Positions 13,625 through 27,052 of a stretch of DNA of 64,000 bases are shown piece after piece. Each line of letters opens with the position of its first letter. The stretch's first letter is position 1. Made by a program: the position numbers and the translations under genes. This DNA comes from Eledone cirrhosa. Taxonomy: Eukaryota. Under the pieces are notes generated by a model. That model was not told the origin of the DNA. It searched no databases and saw nothing but the letters and a program-made list of their open reading frames with translations. The stretch is from contig OZ024745.1 of the NCBI GenBank assembly GCA_964016885.1, forward strand, positions 104,718,001 through 104,782,000, given 5' to 3'.

Positions 13625-14075
13625 CATCATCATCATCATCATCATCATCGTTTAACGTCCATCTTCCACGCTAGCATGGGTTTGGACAGGAATTTTCCCA
13701 CTTGAGGCAAGATTGGTTGTCTTGCTCGTATAGGACTGTCTGGCGGGTTTTCTATGGCTGGATGCCCTTCCTAACACCAACCATGTTTACAGTGTGGACT
13801 GGGAGGTTTTTACCGTGTTACCTACATGGCCACATTACAGCGTGGACTGTGTGTTTTTTTTATCGTGACACCTACACGACCTCATTTGTTTCGGACTGGA
13901 TGTTGTGGCACCAACATAACTTTACAGAGAAAGGGGTGGTGTGGATGGGGTGGGGGTAGTGGGACGGGGGGTGTATTTTGGTAAGAGGTGCCTACTGACT
14001 GTAGGTTTCGCTTTGCACTTAGGCAAGGCGAGTCTTCTGTATTACTGCGTAGCGCCAAAGATCTCGGTCCAGTGA
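13625..14075 (-). mobile_element. RTE LINE 3' end (same family as 6508-7330)
   Basis: Reverse complement of about 6915-7330 including the tail. Further copies lie at 24800-25210(+), 26195-26512(+), 43430-43830(+) and 60440-60716(-). Confidence 0.85.
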
Positions 14076-14192
14076 CATTGTCATTGCTTTTCATTATTGA
14101 TCCTTTTGCTTTCAGTGATCCATACCTATAAATTTTCTTAATAATTTACATATATATCATCATCATTGTTTAACATCTATTTTCCATGCTTG

Positions 14193-17183
14193 AATGGGTT
14201 CAACAGGTTGTCATGTAGTGAGACAAGTCAGGTCAGGAAACTATGGGTTAAACAGGTTGTCATGTAGTGAGACAAGTCAGGTCAGGAAACCATGGGTTAA
14301 ACAGGTTGTCATCTAATGAGACAAGTCAGGTCAGGAAACTATGGGTTAAACAGGTTGTCATGTAGTGAGACAAGTCAGGTCAGGAAACCATGGGTTAAAC
14401 AGGTTGTCATCTAATGAGACAAGTCAGGTCAGGAAACCATGGGTTAAACAGGTTGTCATGTAGTGAGACAAGTCAGGTCAGGAAACCATGGGTTAAACAG
14501 GTTGTCATCTAATGAGACAAGTCAGGTCAGGAAACCATGGGTTAAACAGGTTGTCATGTAGTGAGACAAGTCAGGTCAGGAAACCATGGGTTAAACAGGT
14601 TGTCATGTAGTGAGACAAGTCAGGTCAGGAAACCATGGGTTAAACAGGTTGTCATGTAGTGAGACAAGTCAGGTCAGGAAACCATGGGTTAAACAGGTTG
14701 TCATCTAATGAGACAAGTCAGGTCAGGAAACCATGGGTTAAACAGGTTGTCATGTAATGAGACAAGTCAGGTCAGGAAACCATGGGTTAAACAGGTTGTC
14801 ATGTAATGAGACAAGTCAGGTCAGAAAACCATGGGTTAAACAGGTTGTCATGTAGTGAGACAAGTCAGGTCAGGAAACCATGGGTTAAACAGGTTGTCAT
14901 GTAGTGAAACAAGTCAGGTCAGGAAACCATGGGTTAAACAGGTTGTCATCTAATGAGACAAGTCAGGTCAGGAAACCATGGGTTAAACAGGTTGTCATGT
15001 AGTGAGACAAGTCAGGTCAGGAAACCATGGGTTAAACAGGTTGTCATGTAGTGAGACAAGTCAGGTCAGGAAACCATGGGTTAAACAGGTTGTCATGTAA
15101 TGAGACAAGTCAGGTCAGGAAACCATGGGTTAAACAGGTTGTCATGTAATGAGACAAGTCAGGTCAGGAAACCATGGGTTAAACAGGTTGTCATGTAAGG
15201 AGACAAGTCAGGTCAGGAAACCATGGGTTAAACAGGTTGTCATGTAATGAGACAAGTCAGGTCAGGAAACCATGGGTTAAACAGGTTGTCATGTAAGGAG
15301 GCAAGTCAGGTCAGGAAACCATGGGTTAAACAGGTTGTCATGTAGTGAGACAAGTCAGGTCAGGAAACCATGGGTTAAACAGGTTGTCATCTAATGAGAC
15401 AAGTCAGGTCAGGAAACCATGGGTTAAACAGGTTGTCATGTAGTGAGACAAGTCAGGTCAGGAAACCATGGGTTAAACAGGTTGTCATCTAATGAGACAA
15501 GTCAGGTCAGGAAACCATGGGTTAAACAGGTTGTCATGTAGTGAGACAAGTCAGGTCAGGAAACCATGGGTTAAACAGGTTGTCATGTAGTGAGACAAGT
15601 CAGGTCAGGAAACCATGGGTTAAACAGGTTGTCATGTAGTGAGACAAGTCAGGTCAGGAAACCATGGGTTAAACAGGTTGTCATCTAATGAGACAAGTCA
15701 GGTCAGGAAACCATGGGTTAAACAGGTTGTCATGTAATGAGACAAGTCAGGTCAGGAAACCATGGGTTAAACAGGTTGTCATGTAATGAGACAAGTCAGG
15801 TCAGAAAACCATGGGTTAAACAGGTTGTCATGTAGTGAGACAAGTCAGGTCAGGAAACCATGGGTTAAACAGGTTGTCATGTAGTGAAACAAGTCAGGTC
15901 AGGAAACCATGGGTTAAACAGGTTGTCATCTAATGAGACAAGTCAGGTCAGGAAACCATGGGTTAAACAGGTTGTCATGTAGTGAGACAAGTCAGGTCAG
16001 GAAACCATGGGTTAAACAGGTTGTCATGTAGTGAGACAAGTCAGGTCAGGAAACCATGGGTTAAACAGGTTGTCATGTAATGAGACAAGTCAGGTCAGGA
16101 AACCATGGGTTAAACAGGTTGTCATGTAATGAGACAAGTCAGGTCAGGAAACCATGGGTTAAACAGGTTGTCATGTAAGGAGACAAGTCAGGTCAGGAAA
16201 CCATGGGTTAAACAGGTTGTCATGTAATGAGACAAGTCAGGTCAGGAAACCATGGGTTAAACAGGTTGTCATGTAAGGAGGCAAGTCAGGTCAGGAAACC
16301 ATGGGTTAAACAGGTTGTCATGTAGTGAGACAAGTCAGGTCAGGAAACCATGGGTTAAACAGGTTGTCATCTAATGAGACAAGTCAGGTCAGGAAACCAT
16401 GGGTTAAACAGGTTGTCATGTAATGAGACAAGTCAGGTCAGGAAACCATGGGTTAAACAGGTTGTCATGTAATGAGACAAGTCAGGTCAGGAAACCATGG
16501 GTTAAACAGGTTGTCATGTAGTGAGACAAGTCAGGTCAGGAAACCATGGGTTAAACAGGTTGTCATGTAGTGAAACAAGTCAGGTCAGGAAACCATGGGT
16601 TAAACAGGTTGTCATGTAGTGAGACAAGCCAGGTCAGGAAACCATGGGTTAAACAGGTTGTCATGTAATGAGACAAGTCAGGTCAGGAAACCATGGGTTA
16701 AACAGGTTGTCATGTAAGGAGACAAGTCAGGTCAGGAAACCATGGGTTAAACAGGTTGTCATGTAATGAGACAAGTCAGGTCAGGAAACCATGGGTTAAA
16801 CAGGTTGTGATGTAATGAGACAAGTCAGGTCAGGAAACCATGGGTTAAACAGGTTGTCATGTAATGAGACAAGTCAGGTCAGGAAACCATGGGTTAAACA
16901 GGTTGTCATGTAAGGAGACAAGTCAGGTCAGGAAACCATGGATTAAACAGGTTGTCATGTAAGGAGACAAGTCAGGTCAGGAAACCATGGGTTAAACAGG
17001 TTGTCATCTAATGAGACAAGTCAGGTCAGGAAACCATGGGTTAAACAGGTTGTCATGTAATGAGACAAGTCAGGTCAGGAAACCATGGGTTAAACAAGTT
17101 GTCATGTAAGGAGACAAGTCAGGTCAGGAAACCATGGGTTAAACAGGTTGTCATGTAATGAGACAAGTCAGGTCAGGAAACCA
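14193..17183. repeat. 49-bp minisatellite, ~61 units
   Basis: Unit CATGGGTTAAACAGGTTGTCATGTAGTGAGACAAGTCAGGTCAGGAAAC. Starts at 14243 and 14292 give a period of 49. Confidence 0.97.
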
Positions 17184-17254
17184 TTTCTTGCTCATACGGA
17201 TTTGTATTTGGCTTGGTTTCTACAGTTAGAGGCCCTTTTTAATGCAAACCCTGT

Positions 17255-18081
17255 TACAGTGTGGACTGGGTGCTTTTTAGTGGTGTAACCAGCACAATCA
17301 CCTTACAGGGTGGACTGGGTGCTTTTTAGTGGTATAACCAGCACAATCACCTTACAGGGTGGACTGAGTGCTTTTAGTGGTGTAACCAGCACAATCACCT
17401 TACAGGGTGGACTGGGTGCTTTTTAGTGGTGTAACCAGCACAATCACCTTACAGGGTGGACTGGGTGCTTTTTAGTGGTGTAACCAGCACAATCACCTTA
17501 CAGGGTGGACTGAGTGCTTTTAGTGGTGTAACCAGCACAATCACCTTACAGGGTGGACTGGGTGCTTTTTAGTGGTGTAACCAGCACAATCACCTTACAG
17601 GGTGGACTGGGTGCTTTTTAGTGGTATAACCAGCACAATCACCTTACAGGGTGGACTGAGTGCTTTTAGTGGTGTAACCAGCACAATCACCTTACAGGGT
17701 GGACTGGGTGCTTTTTAGTGGTATAACCAGCACAATCACCTTACAGGGTGGACTGAGTGCTTTTAGTGGTGTAACCAGCACAATCACCTTACAGGGTGGA
17801 CTGGGTGCTTTTTAGTGGTGTAACCAGCACAATCACCTTACAGGGTGGACTGGGTGCTTTTTAGTGGTGTAACCAGCACAATCACCTTACAGGGTGGACT
17901 GAGTGCTTTTAGTGGTGTAACCAGCACAATCACCTTACAGGGTGGACTGGGTGCTTTTTAGTGGTGTAACCAGCACAATCACCTTACAGGGTGGACTGGG
18001 TGCTTTTTAGTGGTATAACCAGCACAATCACCTTACAGGGTGGACTGAGTGCTTTTTAGTGGTGTAACCAGCAAAATCACC
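17255..18081. repeat. 48/49-bp minisatellite, ~17 units
   Basis: Unit TTACAGGGTGGACTGGGTGCTTTTTAGTGGTGTAACCAGCACAATCACC. Confidence 0.95.
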
Positions 18082-18279
18082 TGGTCTGCCCAGCAAGGTG
18101 GTAGTGTTGGTACCTCATCAAGGAAGCACCTAGTCCACTCTATAATGTGATAATGCTGGAGTCACAATAAAATACTCCCAGTACTTGTAAAGTGGTTGGC
18201 GTTAGTAAATATCTTCGCAACATAGATTATCACCCTTTTATTCAAGCAGGGAAAAGTATTTTAAGAATAGTTAGTCTTC

Positions 18280-18935
18280 ACTTGCAATTGCTTTTGGCAC
18301 AAGGCCAGCAATTACCTAGTGCATTACTGGTACTTTATTTTATCGACCCCGCAAGGATGAAAGGCAAAGTTAACTTGCAATAATAATTGTTTCTACTTTG
18401 GCACAAGGCCAACAATTATCCCAGTATATTACTGGTACTTTATTTTATCGACCCTGTAAGGATGAAAGGCAAAGTTAACCTCGGCGGGATTTGAACTCAG
18501 TCCGTAAAGGGACGTAACTGTGCTGCAAAGCATGGCGTTCGACCCTCTACCGATACTGCCAAGCCACCGCCTTTTGCAATAATAATAGTTTCTACTTTTG
18601 ACACAAGGCCAGCAAATAGCCAGTGCATTACTGGTACTTTATTTTATCGATCCCGTAAGGATGAAAGGCAAAGTTAACCTCGGCGGGATTTGAACTCAGT
18701 CCGTAAAGGGACGTAACTGTGCTGCAAAGCATGGCGTTCGACCCTCTACCGATACTGCCAATCCACCGCCCTTTGCAATAATAATAGTTTCTACTTTTGA
18801 CACAAGGCCAGCAATTACCAACCAGTGCATTACTGGTACTTTATTTTATCGACCCTGTAAGGATGAAAGGCAAAGTTAACCTCGGCGTAATTTGAACTAA
18901 TAATTGTTTCTACTTTAGGCACAAGGCCAAACTAA
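18280..18935 (-). mobile_element. Head-to-tail cluster of Meta-like SINE copies (2 full, 3 partial)
   Basis: Repeated AATAATTGTTTCTACTTT...GATTTGAACTCAG...GCCAATCCACCGCC units. Confidence 0.88.
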
Positions 18936-18989
18936 TAATGTTTACAAAACATGACAAATCTTATGTAGTGCCTTTATTAAAATGTTTTA

Positions 18990-19200
18990 ACAACTTCGTG
19001 TCTGAGGTTTGGAAACGAACGGGCCTTCCTTGCGTCTCCGCTATAATCCAGACCGAATCGTCCACTGTTCTGACCAAAACGTGGCTATGAATTGGCGGTC
19101 GAACCCTGATATAGTGTCACTCGTTCCAATAAGGCGTTACCTATCTTCCGGCACCAACTTTTCGGTATCTTCACAATGTCTTTGAAACAAACGACGTTTA
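18990..19200 (-). promoter_or_regulatory. CpG-rich unique segment; candidate first exon/donor on the minus strand
   Basis: High CpG density relative to the flanks. An ETS-like CCGGAAG (19145-19151) is followed by AG|GTAACG at 19141/19140. Confidence 0.35.
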
Positions 19201-20329
19201 ATTACACTGATTCACTAATAACACATATTGCCTATATATAAATACCATTTGTAAACAATTCTAATTAACAATTATTTGCAATCTTGTCAAATGATATGAG
19301 TATTTTTAAGCTCATTAAAAAAAAACTTGAAATCATTTACTCGAGTATAAAATACACCTCCTCGCTATTCCCCACCGCCCTTAATTTTAATTAAAAATTT
19401 CTCATCTTATACACAAGAAATACAGTACCTACATGTAGACATTGGTGTAGTTTCGAATTCGATAACACTGCGTGATACCTTGGACAAGTATCTTCTATTA
19501 TCACGTCGGGTTGATCAATACTTTTGCCAGTGGAACTTGGTAGACGGAAACTGTTTTGTTTAAAGTATGTAAAACGGAAGACAATAAAATGAAAGTGAAA
19601 GGAAAAGGCCAATATCAAAATGAATGTACATGTCTTATTGAGACCTTAAGCAATATTTTTTTTTTTCCTCGACTGCCTCGTCTTGTTGAGCTAATTTATT
19701 GACAGTAAACAGTATATTGCGAAGAAGGTTGGTATACACAAAATTTCACTCGGGAAAAAATGTTAACAAATAAATCTTTCAGTTATTCGATTAAGAATAT
19801 TTAAAAAACAACAAAGAATTACAACTAAAAAGCAGGTACCTTTCAGTCCACCGCCTGTATTTTATATACCTAGAACGAAACATCACTTTGTGTAGAAGCT
19901 AGTTGTACATATGTGAGCCCGTGTTTGTGATTAGTGCTCTAAAAACAGGTGTTTTTTATGTGTCACGTTCGCTTATACCCCATAACTTAGTGGTTCGACA
20001 AATAAAAATTGACAAAATAAGTACTATACTGGGATCGGTATTGAAGTGGTACCACAATCAAATGACAGAACTCAAGAAAAATACAAAATGTAAGAAATAC
20101 GATTAAAAGCTGAATTCTAAACCAAGGGAAATAACTTTTCATGTTTAAAAGCAGATGCAAAAACAAGATGAAAATGACTGTAAGCGTCTAGTTTCCAAGG
20201 AGACCTGTCCGAGCATTGTAATCAATAAAGTCCCGAATGACTTGTTTGTCAGATATGAACTTGACATGTATCTGTTTGGTCCAGTCCGATCCATATCAGC
20301 CAGTAATTAGCTCACTCAGTTCGCCGCCA

Positions 20330-20844
20330 GTTATTTGTTTGGCTAGTGAATAGTTGGCGGTTTTACTTCGTGAAATTGCTTCTGAAGGTCTCCTTTTTCG
20401 GCGGCAACACGAAATTTGAAAAATAATAACCAAACCGACAGCAACAACAATAATAGTACAAGTAAAACTTTGATATTTTCAAGAAAATAAACAGAAAGAA
20501 TAGAATGAAAAGTAAAATAGAGAGGAGAGGAAAACAGCAACTCCACAAACACCACGTAGAATTAAATTGACAGCTCCAAATTAGATATTTGACTTAAAAT
20601 AAAATAAACTAGATATTTGTCTTGAAATTATAAACGAAGATATAAATAAATATATGAAGTATAGAAGCAGATACACAAGAGGAAAACATTAACTTTATAA
20701 ACATTAGTAAAAGCAACAGTGCAAGAATTTGAGGAGACCAAGAAGAACGTCATGTTTATTTTTTTTAACAACACCAATTTGGAAATATGTACCCTTATAG
20801 CATTAACGGCGACTGGAACATAGCCTTCATCTAGGGAGGTAAGT
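20330..20844 (+). promoter_or_regulatory. Candidate non-coding first exon of a host gene
   Basis: CpG-rich unique start and a perfect donor GAG|GTAAGT at 20838/20839. A short uORF lies at 20787-20834 (MYPYSINGDWNIAFI*). Confidence 0.45.
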
Positions 20845-21767
20845 TAAGAAAACTTTTAAAATCCATTCATAATGAAGTGTTGTTAGTTTGAATGTTTCCA
20901 TACATAACTCCTCGGCCTCCGTCTCATACCCCGCACAGACTCATCCACACCCAGTCGGCGATTTATTTGACTAACACTCATTTAGCAGACAGACTTATGG
21001 TCATGGCGTTCCAGTCCTGACTACCCCGTCTTTCTTTTCAGGCACACTATATATACGACTACATTATCCAATGCGTCCTCAAAGAGAGAATGTGTGTGTG
21101 TAGTTTGCAAGAGGTTTTGGCTGCTATTTCTAGCAGGTTTAACGACTATATAAAAACTCCCTTGCTTTTTCATTGTTGTTGTTGTTTAGACTCGGGTCAG
21201 CTCAGACAAGCAGACCTATGAGCAAAGAGGTTTAAGCCAGGACCATATTTTTTCTCCCTGTAAAATGTACATCTACGACTAAACTATATGTCTATACCTC
21301 CCTTCTTTTTCATTAGGGTATAATTTGAGGGGCATTTGGCTGCCATTTTTAGCAGATTGAACGATCATTAGCGAAGTGGTGAGGAACCTTTTTCTGTATC
21401 TATGTATAACGGACGTAAACTCAAAAGCAAATGAAAATAAACCAGAATATAACATATTACAATACAAACTAAGTTTCCTGAAAACTTCTTCCCTTACGAA
21501 AAGTTTTTTTTTTTTTTTTCAGTAAATATATTCATCTTTATATTCATTTTACATAAAATCAGTGTAGTAGCCCAAACCAAAGGCGGATTAAACTTGTATG
21601 GGGTTCCTAACAGAACATTTTATCGGGAGCCTTGCGTCAGACTGATTTTAATTTACCAATGAAAAAGGGGTTTATATTGGCCGTTGTTTGCTACTCACAC
21701 ATGCAATTCTTCCTTCCCTCCTTATTACGAAATTCATCTAGGTATAATTATTATTTATGGTCGCAGA

Positions 21768-21801
<34 letters not shown>

Positions 21802-22023
21802 TATATCGTCAGTCGATTGACTTTCGTCAAATCGGACCGAGGAAACAATGTTTCCATGGGTCTTTCCAATTGCTAATACTATCTATCCGTCGCAACTCCA
21901 GGTAGAAGGAACAACGTAAAATAAAGTGTCTTGCTCAAGGGCATAACGCATCACCCGGTCCGGGAATCGAAATCACAACCTCATGATTGCGAATCCAATT
22001 CTCTTACCACTCAGCCACGCGCC

Positions 22024-22061
<38 letters not shown>

Positions 22062-24242
22062 AAATGAAGTAACGGGGTAAAGGAGTCGCGTTGCTCCCTG
22101 TAATATAATGAGCTCATTGAAAAAGCATGTTCTTTTCATGTATTCTCTCCTATATATTTTGAAGAGCCTTGAAAAATTTCCTTGAGCCCATTATAATTCA
22201 CAGATTGTCTTTCACTCTGGTGGTAAAAATACCCTGTAATGAAAAACCATGTTCTTTTCATGTATTCTCTCCTATATATATATATAAAGACCCCCAAATA
22301 TATATATATATTTGGGGGTCTTTTAAATATATTGTGGGTAGGATGAGGGGTAACTACACCCTATTCAGCTTAATCCACCACTGGTTGAAATGATAAAGTG
22401 CAGACCCAGTTCATTGCAGCATTCAGTTATTTCCCTTTATTATGGGTGTTCTATTTCATACCCAGGTTGACTTAACTTTTTATCCATTCAGGCCGGTAAA
22501 ATATGTACGAGATATGCAATACGGTGGTGGTGGGTTACATTGACCAAAAACACTATCCTCTAAAATGAGAGGCCTTGTGCATATGTTACAAAACAGTATG
22601 TGGTAATGACCTTTTATGTTTTGTGTTCAAATCCTGCTTAAGTTGACTTAGATTTCCAACTCTAGGGTTGGTAAAGCAACTACATCATCATCATCATCAA
22701 CATCATCGTTCAACTAGGTATTCAGCTCAACTGATTGGAAAAATAAAATAAACCTCATTTCCCCCTTACAAATCTACAACATTTAATAATTGTTTCTACT
22801 TTTGGCACAAGGCCAGCAATTATCCAGTACATTACTGGCACTTTATTTTATCGACCCCGTAAGGATGAAAGGCAAAGTAACATTTAATAATACTAACTTA
22901 ATGATTACTCTCCACTTAAAAACAAAAGCAACTCAATTGCTGTTGTTTAACCCTGGGTTAACACGGACCCAGCCGATGTCTAATCAAATGTATTCCAGCC
23001 GTGACCACCCTTTTATATATCAAGGATACATTTTGAACTGTGGCTTTCTTTGTTGTTTAACAAAGTTCAACCCTGATTAAGCAGACCTATGATTAAAGGT
23101 ATTCTTTGGTTACAATCTATTTTGTACTACATTAACCGGTTTAAAAACCGGCCGTATCCGACCAGAATTCTCTCACTTCTTTCTGTTCAAACCGGTCGTA
23201 ACTGGGTCCTCAGACTTACGTTAAAGTGTTGTTCTCAAAATAATTATCAAAATCTTGTAGATTTAATATTATGTAAGGTATTATGTGAAATAAAGCCTTT
23301 ACCATGAAAATACAATAGTAAATATAGAGTAATATAAATGCTAAAGGGCTAAATCAGTGTGTGCTTTAACAAAAAAAAAAAAAAAGGCCATGGGCACAAC
23401 CCTTCCCTCATGACTAGTGGTTGTCAAACTTATTTTTGTGCGGAACCTTTACTCAAGGATAGCTATAAATGGACCACAGTTGTTCTTAATGAAGGCATAT
23501 TTGATTCATTGTTAGTTTCAGTGACTTGTCATGTCCTAGCAGGAATACCTTTAAACATAGATCTGTTTAATCACTGTTGAACTTGGGTTAAACAACAAGG
23601 AGAGCCATATTTCAAAATGTATCCTTGATATACAAAAGGGAGGTCAATGGTTGGAATGCCTGTGATCATATGTCTGCTCCATCCAAGTTGACCCAGGTCT
23701 AAGCAATAAAAAATAACTGATGTTTCAGTCACTTTTGAGTATTTTTTGTTTTTGTTAGCTTGCAGTCTTTGCTCTCATTGCTCACCCATTTCTGCTGCTC
23801 CCCTGTTTATGTTTGTTTGACTGCTGAAGAAATTGTAATTGTGGGACATCTTTTATGGATAAAAGAGAAATTTTTAGTTACAAAAAAATGAACTTTTGAA
23901 TAGAATTGCAAGGTAAAAAGAAAAAGGCAAGGATTTACAAATGTGAGCACTGTTGTCTAATTTAAGTTACAGAAAATATCTGGAAACAAAATGTTGAAAG
24001 TGCCAGAAATGGAGAGCACGAAAATCTATGAGATAGTGATAATGGGATAGATAGAACACAATAAAGAATAGAAGAGCAGGAGAGGAAGTTAGTAATAGTA
24101 TGGGAGATAGAGTGGCAATAATAGAAGCTAAAATGATTGATAAGATATTGAAGGTAAGCATAAATGACAATGATGGAGAGGACATTGTAATTATGGTACA
24201 TCTTTTCAATGGCATTATTGATGCCTTTTATCCTTCTATTCA

Positions 24243-24480
24243 ATCATCATTATCATGATTTTATGTCCGCTTTTCCCAGCTTGCAAGGGTGGGACTGGTC
24301 CTCTTCAGCACAGTATCTCTCCATTTGTCATGGTTCTTCGTCATCTCCTCTGTGAGCTTCAGTGATCTGAGGTCTGCTCCCTCTACCTCCGCCCATGTTT
24401 TCCGTGGTCTTCCTTCCACTAGGATTACTTGGCACTTCTTCACCCAGCAGTCATCATCCATTCGCATCACATGGCCAGAC
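24243..24480 (-). mobile_element. RTE LINE 3' fragment (family of 8285-8970)
   Basis: ORF 24261-24509 (WSGHVMRMDDDCWVKKC..GRPRKTW) closely matches 8658-8954. Confidence 0.88.
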
Positions 24481-26143
24481 CAATATAATCGACTATTCCC
24501 TACTCCCAAATTTCTTGGACTATGGACCTATGTCAGGAATCGTTAGTGATGGAAATATCATTAATATGAAAGAAATTTTAGAGTTATAAAAACATTTAAG
24601 AAATAGCAAGATGTAAACAAATATAACATGACTGATAAAGTAAACAAATATAAATATGACTGATAAAGGAAATGGAAAGAATAAGTGATAGAGAGACATG
24701 GAAACCTCCCCGGTGTTGGTGCAAGGATAGAATGTACCCGGTTCACTCTGTAAAATGCAGGAACATTTATTAATGAGATACCTTTGGCGGTACTCAGTAA
24801 TAGAGAAGACCCGCCTTACCTAAATACATAGTAAAACCTACTACAGTCAGTAGGCATCTCTAACAAAATACACCCCCGTCCCACCACCCCCACCCCATCC
24901 ACACCGCCCCCTTCTATGTAAAGTTATGTTGGTGCCACACCATCCAGGCTGAAACAAATGAGATCGTGTAGGTGTCACAACAAAAAAAAACACAGTCCAC
25001 GCTGTAATGTGGCCGTGTAGGCAACACGGTAAAAACCTCCCAGCCCCACACTGTAAATGTGGTTGGTGTTAGGAAGGGCATCCAGCTGTAGAAAACCCGC
25101 CAGACAGTCCTATGCGAGCAAGACAATCACTCTTGCCTCAAGTGGGAAAACCCCCGTCCAAACCCTGCAAGCGTGGAACACGGACGTTAAACGTTGATGA
25201 TGATGATGATGTCTTCTTCTTCGTCCTAGTTTACACTCGCAAAGATTCAGCACACCTTCTCCAACCATCCTGGTCGAGCATTACATTTCTCAGTTCGCCA
25301 AAGTTCTCAATGTTGGCATCTCTCAGCAGGGTATCAATGAATGAGACAGCTTGTCTTCCCACGCTTCTTTGTCCGACCGCTGGTTTCCAGAGCACAGGTT
25401 GTGGTAGCCCTGATTAAGTACTTACTTGGCCTGCAACAACATGTCCAATCCTTGCGAGCAGGGAAAACAAGAAAATTAAATTATAATAATTGTTTCTACT
25501 TTTGGCACAAAGCCAGCAATTACCTGAGTGCATTACTGGTACTTTATTTTATTGACTCCGTAAAGATGAAAGGCAAAGTTAACCTTGGCGGGATTTGAAC
25601 CCAGAGTGCAAAGGGCCATAACTCTATGCTGCAATGTAGTTCTCAATGTGATTCAATATGACACAGAAAGTGACAAGGCTAGCCTTTCAAATTACACTTG
25701 AGTAGACAGACTCGAGCAATGTGAAATAAAGTATCAATATGCGGCACTAGGAATTGAACTCACAACCTTACAACCACGAGCCAAATACTCTAACCATTAA
25801 ATCATGCATCTTCACATACATATATAAGTAGCGACAATCCATTGGTTATGACAAGGAGTGTTCCAGTTGATGCGATCAACAAAACAGCTTGCTTGTGAAA
25901 TTAACCTGTAAGTGGCTGAACATTCCACAAACCCACATACCCTTAATGTAGTTCTCAGGTGCATTCAGCATGACACAGAATGTGATAAGGCTGGCCCTGT
26001 AAATTACCAGTACCATTCATTTTTGCCAGCTGAGTGGACTGGAGCAATGTGAAATAAAGTGCCTTGATCAAGGGCACAACGTGCTGCCAGGAATCTAGAC
26101 CTTACGATTGTGAGCCAAATACCCTAACCACAAAACCATGTGC

Positions 26144-26198
<55 letters not shown>

Positions 26199-26668
26199 GT
26201 ACAAGCTGAAGCATATAGACAATATGCCCCCACACCCCCCACCGCAAGGTGGTCGTGGAGGTGTCACGGCAAAAAAGCACCCAGCCCACACTGTAAAGTG
26301 GACGTGTAGGCGCCACGAAAAAGCACCCAGCACTCACTGTAAATGAGGTTGGTGTTAGGAAGGGCATCCAGCTGTAGAAATCAAGCCAAATCAGTTCCTG
26401 TATGAGCAAGGCATGGTCAGCCGACCAGACACTGCCCACAACAGGACAACCCGTCTAACCCATGCTAGCGTGGAAGAACGGACGTAAAATGGTGATGATG
26501 ATGATGATGATGATATATATATATATATATATATATGCAAAAGTTCTATTTAAAATTGTTGGGATACAACAAATAAATATTTTTATAACTGATATAAAGC
26601 ACTCGACAAGTATTTGGAGTAGATATACGATATTAATAAATGGAAACTATATTTATAAAACCATATTT

Positions 26669-26731
26669 ATTTCATTATACATATTTCAGGGATACCAAAT
26701 TAAATTATGGTATGCCTTCATCAGACAAAAT
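26669..26731 (-). ncRNA. Type I minimal hammerhead ribozyme
   Basis: Exact reverse complement of the motif at 26874-26936. Confidence 0.8.
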
Positions 26732-26873
26732 ACAATATATAACAGTTTTACAAATAAGCTTTGACGTACCCTTTTAAAATGCAACCATTATGGCTTCCAG
26801 ATGGCTTCCAAAAATAATGGTTGCATTTTAAAAGGGTACGTCAAAGCTTATTTGTAAAACTGTTATATATTGT

Positions 26874-26936
26874 ATTTTGTCTGATGAAGGCATACCATAA
26901 TTTAATTTGGTATCCCTGAAATATGTATAATGAAAT
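26874..26936 (+). ncRNA. Type I minimal hammerhead ribozyme
   Basis: ATTTTGT, CTGATGA (26881), stem II AGG.ATACCA/TGGTAT.CCT, GAAA (26918), TATGTA-TA, ATGAAAT. Stem I is 7 bp with 2 G-U pairs; AUA cleavage site. Confidence 0.82.
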
Positions 26937-26976
26937 AAATATGGTTTTACAAATATAGTTTCCATTTATTAATATC

Positions 26977-27052
<76 letters not shown>

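Larger units (their letters stand above)
26537..26978. mobile_element. Non-coding palindromic Naiad-PLE derivative with two opposed hammerheads
   Basis: 165-bp arms at 26627-26791 and 26814-26978 (one mismatch seen), a 22-nt spacer, and a 90-nt tail at 26537-26626. Homologous to the ends of the 57628-60410 element; flanked by (TA)n. Confidence 0.9.

Noticed and set aside
14193-18081. CRISPR-like regular repeat arrays
   Set aside because: The units are contiguous with no unique spacers, there are no cas genes, the context is eukaryotic, and the arrays derive from a retroposon.
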